Origin: Atractiella rhizophila
Taxonomy: Eukaryota
Assembly (NCBI GenBank): GCA_021432655.1
Contig: MU271298.1
Coordinates: 7,532 to 58,153, forward strand
DNA length: 50,622 nucleotides
Direction of reading: 5' to 3'
A program made the translations under genes and the position numbers. Below, in pieces: positions 38,210 to 50,111 of this stretch (positions are counted from its first letter, which is position 1; each line of letters begins with the position of its first letter). Under the pieces are notes generated by a model. That model did no database searches. It had not been told where the DNA came from and worked only from the letters and a program-made list of their open reading frames with translations.

Positions 38210-39935
38210 ACGGGAACGAAGTATCGGTTCCGGACCCGTTACACCCCATTATGCATCCCTAATTTAGGAGAGGCAGACGCCGACTTGTTATCTCAGACTT
38301 TGACACCTTACATGTATACTTCGCTTAGTTAACCCATTCATGGCCAATTTCGCCTCGTAAACCGTGATTCTTTTCAATAATGGAATATCCCCCAGAATGT
38401 AGAGCTACATTGACTATAGTCTGACAGCTCTGAAATATGGTCACAACAACAACAACAACTCCTCTGCCCATCCGAAATACATCGAATTTTGTGATAAAAT
38501 GTGTGTCCCACCTTCAGATCGTTTCCCTGCCACAGCACCTTTGGTATGCAGCTTTGTCATTTGGTGCTCTTCACCTATGAATGACGTCCACCCTGATCTT
38601 GCCCCATCATAATCCGTCTCCATCAATACAGCAGAGCACTACGTCTCTGGCCTCAAGGCCTGGCATCTCCTTAATGGCTTTCCTTGGATATGGGAACACA
38701 GGCCGGATGAGCACACTCCCTATTGCAAAGGCATTGCTCGCCAGCAAGGCACCCTGTTTAAGGCCGGTGTGCACCCAGCAGTTTCGCTCAAAATGATTCT
38801 TCTTCTTGTCGACAAACTGGATCACTCTAATTGCTTTGATGCAGCTGTTTTAGCCTGTGCTATAATCACCTTTTTGTCTCTCTTCCAGTTAGGGGAAACC
38901 ACAGTCTGATCTCACAAATCCTTTGATTCGGCGAAATCAATTACTTGTGACGATCTCTCCCGACATCCTACTGAAGAAGATTTCCCTTATCTCCGCATAC
39001 TTCTTCGGAATGATAAATCCCTCCCCCCTGGTCACTCTCAAGTTTTGAGGCTTCCTCAGACCAGACTAGGCGATGTCTGGACAATGGACCTCATAGTCAA
39101 TCATCTTCGCATCAACAACTCCAGTAACACACTTAACCACTTATTTGCATATATTGATCACAAGAAAAATGATGGCTCTCTTCGGGCTCTTACCCGTTCA
39201 GCTTTTCTCTATCAATGTAACCAGATCTGGTCAGCAGCAGGCTATAACCACTTCTCTGGTCATTCCTTCCGCATCGGAGGTGCCTCATTTCTCCTCCAAC
39301 TTGGGTTTGATATCGAGTACATTAGGATGGTAGGAAGGTGGAAGACAATCACGTACGAACGGTACCTGCGTTTCCTTGACGACTACATACCCAACCTATT
39401 CACAAAAATCACCCTCCTGTCCAACAGAAAAGCTTTCCTCCCAACAATTTCCGTCTCCAAACCACCCCATAATTTCTCTGATTTCGAACAATCCTTTCTC
39501 GAGCGGTTCACATATGAGAACTTCAACAGGATTTGCAGACCGTTAAATGACAACTCTTCTGCTTCAAAAATTCAACCCAATACAGGCAAGGAACTTCATG
39601 ACAAGGCCGAATTCCAAAAAAAGTCTGCTCGTCATTTCAGTTTTGGGGCAGGACAGAAGCGCTAGATGCCCTCTGTCTTGAAACGTCGAGCATCGCTTGG
39701 GGTAAGCGTTCTGCCCTGATATGAGGTCTTGCTTTTGGCTCAGTCACTTACGAAACTTCATATTGCACACAATTCAGCCTAGCCAAAAGCATCACCCACA
39801 CCCCTCTCAGTAACCTTTGGAAGCGAGTCAGAGTGGAGCTGCATGCAAAGAATGCAGTTTGATACGTTTCCTCAACGTTTCAGACTGAAAACGATTCTAA
39901 CGAGAACGGGAACGAAGTACGGGTTCCGGACCCGT
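38210..39935 (+). mobile_element. Tyrosine-recombinase element (DIRS/Ngaro-type YR) bounded by 30-bp direct repeats
   Basis: YIEFCD...RFPAT..LVCSFV...TAEHYVSGLKAWHLLNG..W, FDAAVLACA...F..L.QLGE, HLFAY, LTRSAFL, SGHSFRIGGA, VGRWK...Y.RYLR. Repeats ACGGGAACGAAGTAyyGGTTCCGGACCCGT-type at 38210-38239 and 39906-39935. Confidence 0.85.
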
Positions 39936-40332
39936 CTCGCCGTGAGTTACAAATTGTAACGTAGCTGTGTCAAGAGGTGATGACGCTAAGTCACAAGACC
40001 AACATGCCAGAAGGATACTATTAGAAGTAACACCCTCACCACGAGAAGGATCCCATGAAATCGATCACCCTTTTGCTGCTTGTCACTTCCAGCTGTATTG
40101 ACAAAATGGCATCAACCTCTATGAAAACAGACTTCAGTCAATGTTCAGGCAGTTCCGTCAATAGTCAGTCACTGCGCGATCAAATTTAGTCGCCCAAAAC
40201 TGACTGAAAATTCCACAGTGCAATGTCAGTTGTTCTTCAGTGCTCATTTACCCCTAGACCATGCTGCCGTCCGGCCCGGCAGGAACAGGAGGGCGGTCGC
40301 ATTAACATACTTCATCTGATTTTTTACAGAGA

Positions 40333-41001
40333 CAAGTTTGGGGAGCCCCTCCTCCCTCGGAGGACCACATCTAGTTTGTTTCCACTGTTTTGCAATAAAA
40401 AGTGGCTGACTACACTGTTGGGCACATGCTGAGAGATAATTAGTGATTGAGTGCTCATAACCGCTCCTTGGAAAATACATTATCTGTTAAGTTGTGTGCA
40501 GGCACTCACGGCTTCAAAAGTGACAAAATGTGAGCAAACAGAGAATCGAACCAACATCAAAAAGCAAAGTTGTACCCTGAGCATAACACCAACTACACCA
40601 TCACGCAAGCTCTTACCTTGCAAATTATTTGAGTAGGTAAGAAAAGTCTTGCCAAAAGTGGCAAAGTCAGTCACTTGACTCAATGATGAAGACAATTATT
40701 TATTGTCTTTTAAATAAGCTTTATTGTATACTGTTCGAAAGGTGCTGACACACGTATTCTGGTGGTATGCTCAGAATTTTGAGGGGGTTGTTGTGGACCA
40801 AGAAGTCACATGAGTCAACAGGGAAAACAATATTTTTCGTCTTTCAAATGGGCTTTGCTGTATACGGTTCGAAGGGTGCCGACACGCGTATTCTTGCTGT
40901 ATGCTCAGAATTTTGAAAGGACTGTTGTTGGCGGTGATATAAGGGCTCAAAAGTACATGTGTGAGTCATGGTCAAAACCCGTCGTGCTTAATATATAAGG
41001 A
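40333..41001 (-). mobile_element. Non-autonomous Helitron (669 bp)
   Basis: 5' TCCTTATATATTAAG at 41001, two ~134-bp-period internal repeats, a diverged copy of the RepHel C-terminal end (40410-40490 vs 41192-41270), hairpin CCTCC..GGAGG and 3' CTTG|T at 40333. Confidence 0.8.
40703..40933. repeat. Two-copy tandem repeat (~134-bp period) inside the non-autonomous Helitron
   Basis: GTATACTGTTCGAAAGGTGCTGACACACGTATTC..GTATGCTCAGAATTTTGA versus GTATACGGTTCGAAGGGTGCCGACACGCGTATTC..GTATGCTCAGAATTTTGA. Confidence 0.8.
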
Positions 41002-44000
41002 CAAGTGTGTCAGTGCCCTCGTCCCTCGGGCATCCCCCCCCCTGCCAGGGGCTTCGCCCCTTGGACCCCAGCCTCCGGCGGCCACTGTGTGGAGCTTTGC
41101 CTCTGGCAGCCACTGTGTGGGGCCTCGCCTTCGGCGAGCACAGACTCACCATATGTACTCTACTCTTTTCAAAAGACAATGAAAGCTTTGACTATACTGT
41201 TAGGAACATGCTGAGAGATGATCAGTGATTGAGTACTTGTAACACTTCCTTGTAAACTACATTATCTGTTTGCTTGTTTTCTTCTCCTTGCTTTGTTTTG
41301 ACCAATACTCATAAATTGTTTGCGTTTGAAACCCGTGAAAGACCAACATAAAGCTGCCCATGAGAGAAAGAAGAAGACTCTAAGTACAAACCCACATGTC
41401 CAACAGATTGTCCTTGCACTTTATTCAGAGTTAAGGCAAACGCTAAGCGCACAGGGAATTGAAAGCACCGGAATTGAAAAGGAAGCTGGTTTGATACTGC
41501 ACTGTCAATGCCAATTCGAGGAATGAGAACTGATTCTCCACTGTGTGCACCTGTAATGATGGTTGCTTCAATGACTCGTCGGAGAAGCTGAGTGACAATG
41601 AGCCACGTGCCGTTGCACAGGCCAGCAGATGGATTGAGATTTCGTAGAAGAATGATGGGTGCACCGGTCTTGAGGTGTAAACGATGCGAAGGGAATCCAG
41701 AGATCTCCAGGGTATTCAGGTACTCAACAGAGAAGCGATTTCTGAGATCTCCCTCATCATCTATAATTTGATCTGCACTGTAATATATCCGATCTCCTGT
41801 GGATTCGAGCCGCTGAATCAAGCGATCATTGATGCCATCCACGTCCACATTCTTTGCTGCTAGAATCATGCGAACCTGGAAGTATTCTTGAAGGAAGCTC
41901 AGAGCAGGGATATTTCGCAGAGAATCTAGTTGTCCGTAAATTGAGCGCAACAGACCATCTAGTCCTTCGTGGGATGGAATAATAGATCCATCTGGTATCG
42001 TTAAGGCTCCACATCCATTGTCTGATGGATTATCAGTGAGACCATTTCCAACATCAAGGAGCCACTGGGCAAATCTGGTCGCATGCTGAAATTCGGCTGG
42101 TGTCATTTCCTGTTGGCCTCGAAGAAGGCGCATATTGGTTTTCAAAGGCAGGACTTGAACATTCGGCCAGAAGTAAGAATTAATGATGCTGGCATCCACA
42201 ATCTGAGCTCAGCTTCCATTTGGCACTACCGGAAGACACTGTCTGCCATCTACTGTGAACAGTATGTTAATAAAGAACTACTTAAAGGGAAGTATCATAC
42301 CACAGAAAACCATAAGTGTTCCTCCAAATGGCCTTGAATCCTTTTTAAGGTCCTGCCCCAACCGATCCACACAGCTGACGGAGAGGCGATCACTCACAAT
42401 GGCTTCATCCCACAGGATAATTTCTGCCTTGACATATAGCCTTCCATGATCACTTTGAGCCGAAATACCACAAACTGATTGAGCATCTGCATTGAGGGGA
42501 ATCTTGAATTGTGTATGAGCAGTACGACCACCTTCAAGCAGAATAGCAGCAATTCCAGAAGAGGCTACTGCCAGTGCAATCTTCTTGGATGATCTTACTC
42601 TTGCCAGTATAAGATTCTGAACAAAAGTCTTTCCAGTTCCTCCAGGCCCATCAAGAAAGAAGAGTCCTCCGGTGCCACTCCGCCAGGCTTCAATGATTGT
42701 ATTGTATGCATGTCGTTGATCCTCATTCATAAGAGGAAGATCCCTATCAAGACGTTGCTCCAACTCTGTAACGTTGTATGCCAGCTCTTCTCCAATTATT
42801 CTTGTCTCTCCTCCCCATCGTCCAAACCTGTGAGCAGGTAATGGCAGCCTATACTCCTCTAGTGTCTTGCCTAGACCATGTAGCAGATCCTCTAGTTTGA
42901 TAAGGCATAAGTCTCAGATCTGATCTTCAGAAGGTGCAGCGTGAGATGAATGCTCAGTCGAATCACAGTTGGAGAGTGATCATGAAGCTTGAAGTGAAAA
43001 ATTCGCCAGCATGCTACAACCATACTTAACACTTAACCTTTGAGGAATGGACTGAACAAACCTTCTGAAGCACCCACATATCGTGCATCTAAATACTCTT
43101 TAATCTCATCCACTGGCTCTCTTGCTCCACTGAAATCTGATTCTATGACTAATTGTGCTCTATCCGGCCCCTTGTATACATATTTGAACATATACTTGAC
43201 TGAGCGAATTGAGATGCAGATCTCAGTGTTGATGTGAGCCAGAAACTTCCTCAGGACCCAAGCGTTAAAAGGCACTACCCATCGATTATCATATATAAAC
43301 TCTTGGCCACGTATCATCTTGCGAAAAACCCGGCCGTCGTTACGCCGCCGATAGATAGGGTAGCCATTATCATTGATTCTCGTTTCCTCAACAAAAGGCT
43401 TGGGATACCCTTTGCCACACTTCCCATTGACCATGCAAGGTGCATCTGGATTATGTTCACCACATGGGCCATGTAGCATATGCTTGGTGACTATTTCAAA
43501 TAATACAGGATCCTTGTCCAGATCAGGCAGCTCTGCTTGAATTACTTGATCAATAGTTGCCTAAAGCGATTTCTGAGATCTCCCTCATCATCTATAATTT
43601 GATCTGCACTGTAATATATCCGATCTCCTGTGGATTCGAGCCGCTGAATCAAGCGATCATTGATGCCATCCACGTCCACATTCTTTGCTGCTAGAATCAT
43701 GCGAACCTGGAAGTATTCTTGAAGGAAGCTCAGAGCAGGGATATTTCGCAGAGAATCTAGTTGTCCGTAAATTGAGCGCAACAGACCATCTAGTCCTTCG
43801 TGGGATGGAATAATAGATCCATCTGGTATCGTTAAGGCTCCACATCCATTGTCTGATGGATTATCAGTGAGACCATTTCCAACATCAAGGAGCCACTGGG
43901 CAAATCTGGTCGCATGCTGAAATTCGGCTGGTGTCATTTCCTGTTGGCCTCGAAGAAGGCGCATATTGGTTTTCAAAGGCAGGACTTGAACATTCGGCCA

Positions 44001-46515
44001 GAAGTAAGAATTAATGATGCTGGCATCCACAATCTGAGCTCAGCTTCCATTTGGCACTACCGGAAGACACTGTCTGCCATCTACTGTGAACAGTATGTTA
44101 ATAAAGAACTACTTAAAGGGAAGTATCATACCACAGAAAACCATAAGTGTTCCTCCAAATGGCCTTGAATCCTTTTTAAGGTCCTGCCCCAACCGATCCA
44201 CACAGCTGACGGAGAGGCGATCACTCACAATGGCTTCATCCCACAGGATAATTTCTGCCTTGACATATAGCCTTCCATGATCACTTTGAGCCGAAATACC
44301 ACAAACTGATTGAGCATCTGCATTGAGGGGAATCTTGAATCATATATGAGCAGTACGACCACCTTCAAGCAGAATAGCAGCAATTCCAGAAGAGGCTACT
44401 GCCAGTGCAATCTTCTTGGATGATCTTACTCTTGCCAGTATAAGATTCTGAACAAAAGTCTTTCCAGTTCCTCCAGGCCCATCAAGAAAGAAGAGTCCTC
44501 CGGTGCCACTCCGCCAGGCTTCAATGATTGTATCGTATGCATGTCGTTGATCCTCATTCATAAGAGGAAGATCCCTATCAAGACGTTGCTCCAACTCTGT
44601 AACGTTGTATGCCAGCTCTTCTCCAATTATTCTTGTCTCTCCTCCCCATCGTCCAAACCTGTGAGCAGGTAATGGCAGCCTATACTCCTCTAGTGTCTTG
44701 CCTAGACCATGTAGCAGATCCTCTAGTTTGATAAGGCATAAGTCTCAGATCTGATCTTCAGAAGGTGCAGCGTGAGATGAATGCTCAGTCGAATCACAGT
44801 TGGAGAGTGATCATGAAGCTTGAAGTGAAAAATTCGCCAGCATGCTACAACCATACTTAACACTTAACCTTTGAGGAATGGACTGAACAAACCTTCTGAA
44901 GCACCCACATATCGTGCATCTAAATACTCTTTAATCTCATCCACTGGCTCTCTTGCTCCACTGAAATCTGATTCTATGACTAATTGTGCTCTATCCGGCC
45001 CCTTGTATACATATTTGAACATATACTTGACTGAGCGAATTGAGATGCAGATCTCAGTGTTGATGTGAGCCAGAAACTTCCTCAGGACCCAAGCGTTAAA
45101 AGGCACTACCCATCGATTATCATATATAAACTCTTGGCCACGTATCATCTTGCGAAAAACCCGGCCGTCGTTACGCCGCCGATAGATAGGGTAGCCATTA
45201 TCATTGATTCTCGTTTCCTCAACAAAAGGCTTGGGATACCCTTTGCCACACTTCCCATTGACCATGCAAGGTGCATCTGGATTATGTTCACCACATGGGC
45301 CATGTAGCATATGCTTGGTGACTATTTCAAATAATACAGGATCCTTGTCCAGATCAGGCAGCTCTGCTTGAATTACTTGATCAATAGTTGCCTCGTCCCT
45401 GATAAGATCTTCAGGATGAAGAATCAACAGGATGTGCGCATGTGGTAGACCCCTCTTCTGAAATTCAATGACCCAGACATATCCGATAACCCTTCCAAAG
45501 ATCTGTCGTACCACTAAATCCTTGATGTACTCCAGAGCCTTCAGTCAAAAAACCCTTGAAACCAAATCTGGCCGATCCTCTGGTTTTTATCCTGGTAGGA
45601 GGGCTTCCGTGATCTCTGCCCAGTGTGGGTTGCAAGTGAAGGTTGTAAAGATATTTGGGGGTCCTTTGGCACCAACTATACCCATTGCATCCTGGAACAG
45701 CTGATTCATTGAACGTGGACCGCCAGTGAAACTTGATGGTAATATAGTCCGCCTCCCAATATCTTCCAAAGAATAGCCTTCTGTAAGGGCATCCGTAAGA
45801 CCTTGATACACCTCAGCTCGAAGAATAGACTGATTGAACCGCAGATAGCGGAGTCGATTCGCCTCAATTTGAGCATAAGCATCGACTACCAATTCTTGCA
45901 CTAGTCGACCACCGTAGAGAGGGAGTGAGAATATATCATTTCATTGATGCAACATGTAAGAATAGAACTCCATTTGGCTGACACATTGTCGAACCCCGGA
46001 ATTACCAACTTGCATGCCATCATCATTGAAGTGCTCTCGCTCGCGAGGAGGAAGATCGGCAGGCAGGTCCCGAAACGGAATCTGCGGATGCCATCCTTGG
46101 TCCCCATATGGAAACAGAAGAGGAAAACGAAGTGGAAGGTAATTTGAGTTGAGCTCATTGACACGCTGTAAGTTGCTACCGGTTGTGGTTGCCCTGAGCT
46201 GGATGATAATATCTCTGGCCACTCCATATTCTTCTCTGTTACCATCTCCTACCATCCCTACAGCAACTTCACTGGCTACAGGAATGTTGTAGCGTCTTGG
46301 GACCCTATCTCGTGGAGCGAGCGACTGTGTGAAGATGTAGTGTGGTAGTGGGATCCTGTTCCATTCTTTCTTTTGCAAATTTGTAGATCCTGGGATATGG
46401 GTTGACACGGAAGAGCATAGCCTGAAGGTCCTCAAGCGTACTACGATTCAGTGAGACTGAAGTGTTGCCAACTCTTCGTTCAGTCTGTACATCTGAATCT
46501 GTAATGTAGACAGGA
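41002..46515 (-). mobile_element. Helitron with Rep/PIF1-helicase (RepHel) pseudogene, intact 3' end, 5'-truncated
   Basis: Rep motifs ILPSSFTGGPRSM.Q.FQDAM, FTTFTCNPHWAEI, IEFQKRGLPHAHIL, MLHGPCG, DNRWVVPFN, SVKYMFKYVYKGPD. PIF1 motifs FFLDGPGGTGKT, ASSGIAA.LL.GGRTAH, IILWDEA, PFGG, LRNL...GLCNGT, QFPVRLAFALT.NK.QGQS, FSHGQLYV.LSR, T.NVVYKEVL. Hairpin plus CTTG 3' end at 41002. Premature stops present. Confidence 0.95.
41733..45393. repeat. Near-identical tandem duplication (1830-bp unit, 1831-bp period) inside the Helitron
   Basis: 41733-43562 is repeated at 43564-45393 with a single-base spacer. Only a few differences seen (TGTG vs CATA near 42510/44341; T vs C near 42702/44533). Confidence 0.95.
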
Positions 46516-46533
46516 AACTCCGTTCATCTTGGG

Positions 46534-48646
46534 TTGAAAAAAGAGGTTGAAAGGCTCAGAAGCCTTAATGGGTCCCTTCAGTGCGTGTTCCTTGCTTTTA
46601 TCCTGCGGGCCATAAGGCAACAAGTGTCACTTAGGTTGGCTGTATGCAATCTTTCTTCGAGTGTCACGCCAGCAAACAAACCTCAATCTGCTCCTACCCA
46701 GTCTACCAGCTCTCAACAGTTTATCATACCCAAGGAATATGAACAGTATACCCTTCCCCAGCCAGCTCAGAAAAGGCCATCTCACAGTCTCCTGTTCACT
46801 CGTGAGGAGTTCAAGAAGTGGAGATCACAGTTTCAGAAACTTTCTGCTGAGGGCAGAGCGGGGAAGAAGTACGAATGGTTGAGGGACTTCAATGGCGTGG
46901 AAGTTCCTCAACAACGCGTGATGGACATCAAACGAGAAGCTCGCGAGATTCTGGATGCCATGTATGATGGACCTTTGCATCAACGGAAGACATGGCATCA
47001 GATTCTCCATTCTCATCACATCCGAGGTGTTGCTGTGCTCGAAAGCAAGTTTCCTGAGCTAACGCAGTGTCAAGGACACGCCATGGCAGATCACATCCTC
47101 ACTGAATGCAGACATCGACAATTAGAACGTTACAGAGCTGGTGATCGGTGTCGCGAGAAGCGACTGAAGGTCAAGGAAGATGAGGAGAAGGTACTTGGAG
47201 AAGAAGGATCCCTCTCTCCACCAGCTCTGTCTTTGACTCAGCATTTAACTCCCTCTGGGACAGGAAAGGAGCGAAGAGCAGAGAATCGAAGTTATGCAAA
47301 GAAGAATGCAAGCTCTATTTCAGGATCAAAGCCCGTATTCTCTTCCTTTTACTTTTCACGAAGCTGATAGACTGAGCAGCTTCACCGATATTCCGATCCA
47401 CCCTTCGTTCCAGAGTTCAGGATACCCCAGTGGTATGACACTCTCTTCAAGATGTGACATGAACACTTACCTCTTTGTTCAGACCGCGTACCAACTGGGT
47501 CCAGCGTCACGGATGCTCGTGGAGAGCTGCCAAAAACAAGAAATGACATAGAGAATAGTATAAACTGCAAGCTCGCGGTGTTCCGTCGACTTTAAGAAAA
47601 TTGACGATCAAGCATTTGACTACATGCAGCACATGTTGCAGCGTTTTGGTGTCGATGAGCTTTTCCCTAATGTCGAGCAATCGAGATTCTTGCGGTTCAA
47701 TAACTTTGTCCGCTATGTTATTTGTTTCGCGTTCACTTGGCTATGCAACATTAAAGCCTACGCTTTCTGGTGTCCTCTGGAGAGATTTTACACCGATCCT
47801 CAATTCCTTGTTGCTCTCTTCGACCAATTCTTTTTCATCTATCAGAGACAGAACTTTATCGCACACCGCAATAATCCTGAAGGCTTTTTGGAACGCCTTG
47901 GACGTGCAGCTGTCCTTAAACGGAGGCAGAGGGTATGTTGTAAATCCTTTATGCTCTTTCTCACGGTGTTTGCGTCTAGACTGCTGCAAGGAGAATCGAG
48001 TACCTTGACAGCCTTTCGAGCAGCAAGATCGCCAGGAACAAACGGGAAGGCATCACTCGAGTCATTGGTATGACGGACGCAACCTCAGATGACGAAAAGC
48101 AGCTTGACGGTCGGCTTGTTCAAAAGCTTCTACGTTGGCGAGGTGAACCATTTGAAAGATTCGTGCGACTTGTGTCACAAAAGGGGGATTGAAATGGAGC
48201 AGCAGCTTGGGGCAAAAATTCGTGACACTCCTCGTCATGATCCCACTGATTTGACTCCGCGGCTTTACTTTGACTTACGAAAGCTTCCTTGATGCGTCCC
48301 TGTTTACATTTTTGATCCTCAGTACTACAATGCCTTGTAGCTCCCCATGCGCAGGGAACTCAAATGTTACTTTGATGATACTTTTCATTTCACGACTCAT
48401 GACTTTATGGACCGTGATGAATTCAACTATTTTCATGCGGTGAACCTAAAGATTACGTCGGGAGATCTGAACCAAGCTGTACCAGTATCTGATGACAATG
48501 AGGACGAAACTCTCGGTTGGGACTCAGAGGTCGATGAGGAGGACGACATGGATGTTGATGATCATTTTGAGACCTGGAGTGGGGACTCCAAAGAGGAGGA
48601 AGAAGAGGCGGATGACTGGAGGGAAAGGAGGAATCTCTTTGTATGA
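46534..48646 (+). mobile_element. Degenerate spliced gene of basidiomycete transposon-associated (CACTA accessory-like) family
   Basis: N-terminal part WLRDFNGVEV..QRV.DIKREAREI...TW...LESKFPEL.QC. C-terminal part RFG.....PN.EQS....FN...AY.F...NPE....KRRQR...ATSDDE...LRWR...VP..IFDPQYYNAL, then an acidic tail. Resembles recalled TE-linked hypothetical families. Confidence 0.5.
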
Positions 48647-49927
48647 GAATTCCACCCTGCGATGGAGACGAGTCAAGGTGAAGAAATGGATGTGACATCT
48701 GGAGATGAATGAACATCACATAGGTAGCTAATCCAAACATTTCGACATTGAACGTGGGATGGCTTGCCACAAGCTTAAGCCATAACTTGAAGGTTGTGAC
48801 ACGGCAACAGGATGGGTTCTCAGCTCTGACTTCTTCAGTCCTCACACGAGGATGAGCAGTAAGCAGTACCTTGCCAAAGAAGTTGTCAGTAGGAGAAATA
48901 GTCAGATGCAGGGAAGACGCACAAAGCTCACTGGACAATTGCCAATAGAGCCGATGGAGAGGCGAGGCAGTGGAGGCAAAAGAGCAATTGACGAGCAGTG
49001 AATACGGGAAGGAGAGTCGGTGTCTTTATCACTCCTGACTAGTGGTAGAGTCTTGCTTGAACTTGAATGAATCTTGGAGCGGAGCACATCCCAAAAGTGC
49101 CCAGGCCCAGGTTCAGTCAAGTTGACATCAACAAACACCATAACGCCCATTGCCGGACGGAAAAGGGAGGAGGGAAGAGGGAGTACTATCAGGACCGGAG
49201 CACTCGCAAAGTTCCATCTCCAATAATTAACCAGGGCAGGGTAAGTGTCGTCGAGAACGGCGGAGATTGATCGTGGTATTCTGCGGGATATCGGGTTGCT
49301 TGCTTTAGTTTGAGCACAAGCTGCGGTGTGGGAAACCTGAAGNNNNNNNNNNNNNNNNNNNNNNNNNNNNNNNNNNNNNNNNNNNNNNNNNNNNNNNNNN
49401 NNNNNNNNNNNNNNNNNNNNNNNNNNNNNNNNNNNNNNNNNNNNNNNNNNNNNNNNNNNNNNNNNNNNNNNNNNNNNNNNNNNNNNNNNNNNNNNNNNNN
49501 NNNNNNNNNNNNNNNNNNNNNNNNNNNNNNNNNNNACTTCAGGCTAACCTGAGTCTTTTGTCTTATCAATTTATAACCACAAGATGGAATCGAGATGGAG
49601 GATGTGGTTTTCGGTTCCGTCAACTCGGGGGACAGCTACGGCCGGCGCTCGGGGACACCCTGTTCCCGAACCGAAATTTTCGGTCGCAGGTAGCCTTTTT
49701 CCCCCCGTGAGAAGAAGCTGCTTATAAGTGTAAGGGACAGCCGTGAAATAATACATAACAAGATCAGGAAAAGGTAAAAGATCACACAAAACACTGGGTG
49801 TGATGGGGTGACCGGAACACTTACGCCTCCTACTTTCTGGGAGCATTCACTTCTCTTAGTATCCTTACCTTACTGTGGGGTGTGTTCAAGTTTTCTCTTC
49901 ACTTCCAATTACGCCTTCTCATTATTC

Positions 49928-50111
49928 TGTTGTTTTTCTCTGCTGCTTTGTTAACCTCAAACAAATGTATTACGTTTGGCTGAGCTCTTGCAAACGCATG
50001 AGCAGCAGAAACACAAGAACAGGTGTTTATATACATGAGAGCTTGTGGCAAATAGAAAGTTCCAGAATGTTCATGAACAAAGTATTACTAACATTTTACA
50101 CATCTCCAACA
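49928..50111 (-). mobile_element. Solo LTR (184 bp) with 5-bp TSD TATTC, related to the 37075 family
   Basis: TGTTG...CAACA ends, TATTC at 49923-49927 and 50112-50116. The minus strand shares TATATAAACAC and GCTCATGCGTTTGCAAGAGCTC.GCCAAACGTAA with the 19827/37075 copies. Confidence 0.85.

Noticed and set aside
49189..49623. ORFs spanning the N run
   Set aside because: Artefacts of the assembly gap.
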